64,000 nucleotides of DNA from Haliotis cracherodii (taxonomy: Eukaryota), in contig NW_027266319.1 in NCBI RefSeq assembly GCF_022045235.1, positions 34,410,001 through 34,474,000 of the forward strand. The letters are read 5' to 3'. Below, in pieces: positions 63,326 to 64,000 of this stretch (within the stretch, counting starts at the first letter, position 1; every line of letters begins with the position of its first letter). The notes under the pieces are model-generated. The model did no database searches and was not told where the DNA came from. It worked only from the letters and a program-made list of their open reading frames with translations. The translations under genes and the position numbers were made by a program.

Positions 63326-64000
63326 CAGTAGGATGTAACCCGTGAAAAGAAAACAAAAAAGTTTGTTTTTTCTAAGATCCCATTTTTTTTATTTTCTGGG
63401 TTCCGACCTGAGGTACATTAATGATGACAATGATACAATGACTCTGATTCACGGAGACGTCACACTTCTGTGATGCGAAACAAGAAATTATTGGTCCATT
63501 TCTAGTCTGGATGAGTTGACATGAGTAGTATGAGCACAAACAGAAGCAGACAATGAGAGCAAGAACTCAAGCACAAATCAAACACAATGATAATGAGAAA
63601 TTATGCTTAATGGCACGTGACAATAAGTTAGCCTATGTGACGACAAGCTAAGAACCTCAATTTCATGTAATATCCATGGTAAGGGGCCAGACAGTAAGAA
63701 CCATTTTGCCCCAACTGTGGATTACCTTGATGAAATTTGGGTTTGGCTGAAGGTGCTGACTAGACATATGGGATGCGTGATCATTCATACTACATTTAAA
63801 CCTTTTGGCACCAACATGGCATCAATTGGTGAGTTTATTATTAGAGGTCTGCTTAATTAGAGGTCTGCTTAATTAGAGAACATGACATTTCAAAATCTTT
63901 CAAGAAAAAAACAAAACAGAAGTGACTTAGCAATGTTTTGCAAAATCACAGCAGAGGACACAAAGAATGGGTTTCACATATCAGAGAGTGACAAGCAAAC

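Overview
AT-rich, intron-rich animal genomic DNA, most likely a mollusc (abalone-like SINE repertoire; inference). It is not prokaryotic, and most ORF-track entries are exon fragments or repeat artefacts. Seven spliced genes can be assembled by hand with consistent GT-AG phases: ACTR8/Arp8 (+, 12 exons), LLPH/LAPS18-like (-), an unrecognised 134-aa basic protein (+), an unrecognised ~390-aa coiled-coil protein with apparent alternative last exons (+), HOATZ (-), NDUFA5 (-) and a 226-aa multi-EF-hand protein (+). Introns hold four SINE-like families with related 3' tails, many MITEs and palindromes, two internally deleted mariner elements, Penelope-like (PLE) remnants and minisatellites. Three things stand out. 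(1) A retroposon family has no tRNA head; instead it starts at a fixed nucleotide with a conserved, apparently covarying pseudoknot, a candidate ribozyme or RNA-processing module. (2) A 186-bp palindrome encodes two minimal U3-A8 hammerhead ribozymes. (3) Minisatellites are repeatedly seeded on splice donors, splice acceptors or a stop codon in four different genes, creating arrays of decoy splice sites.
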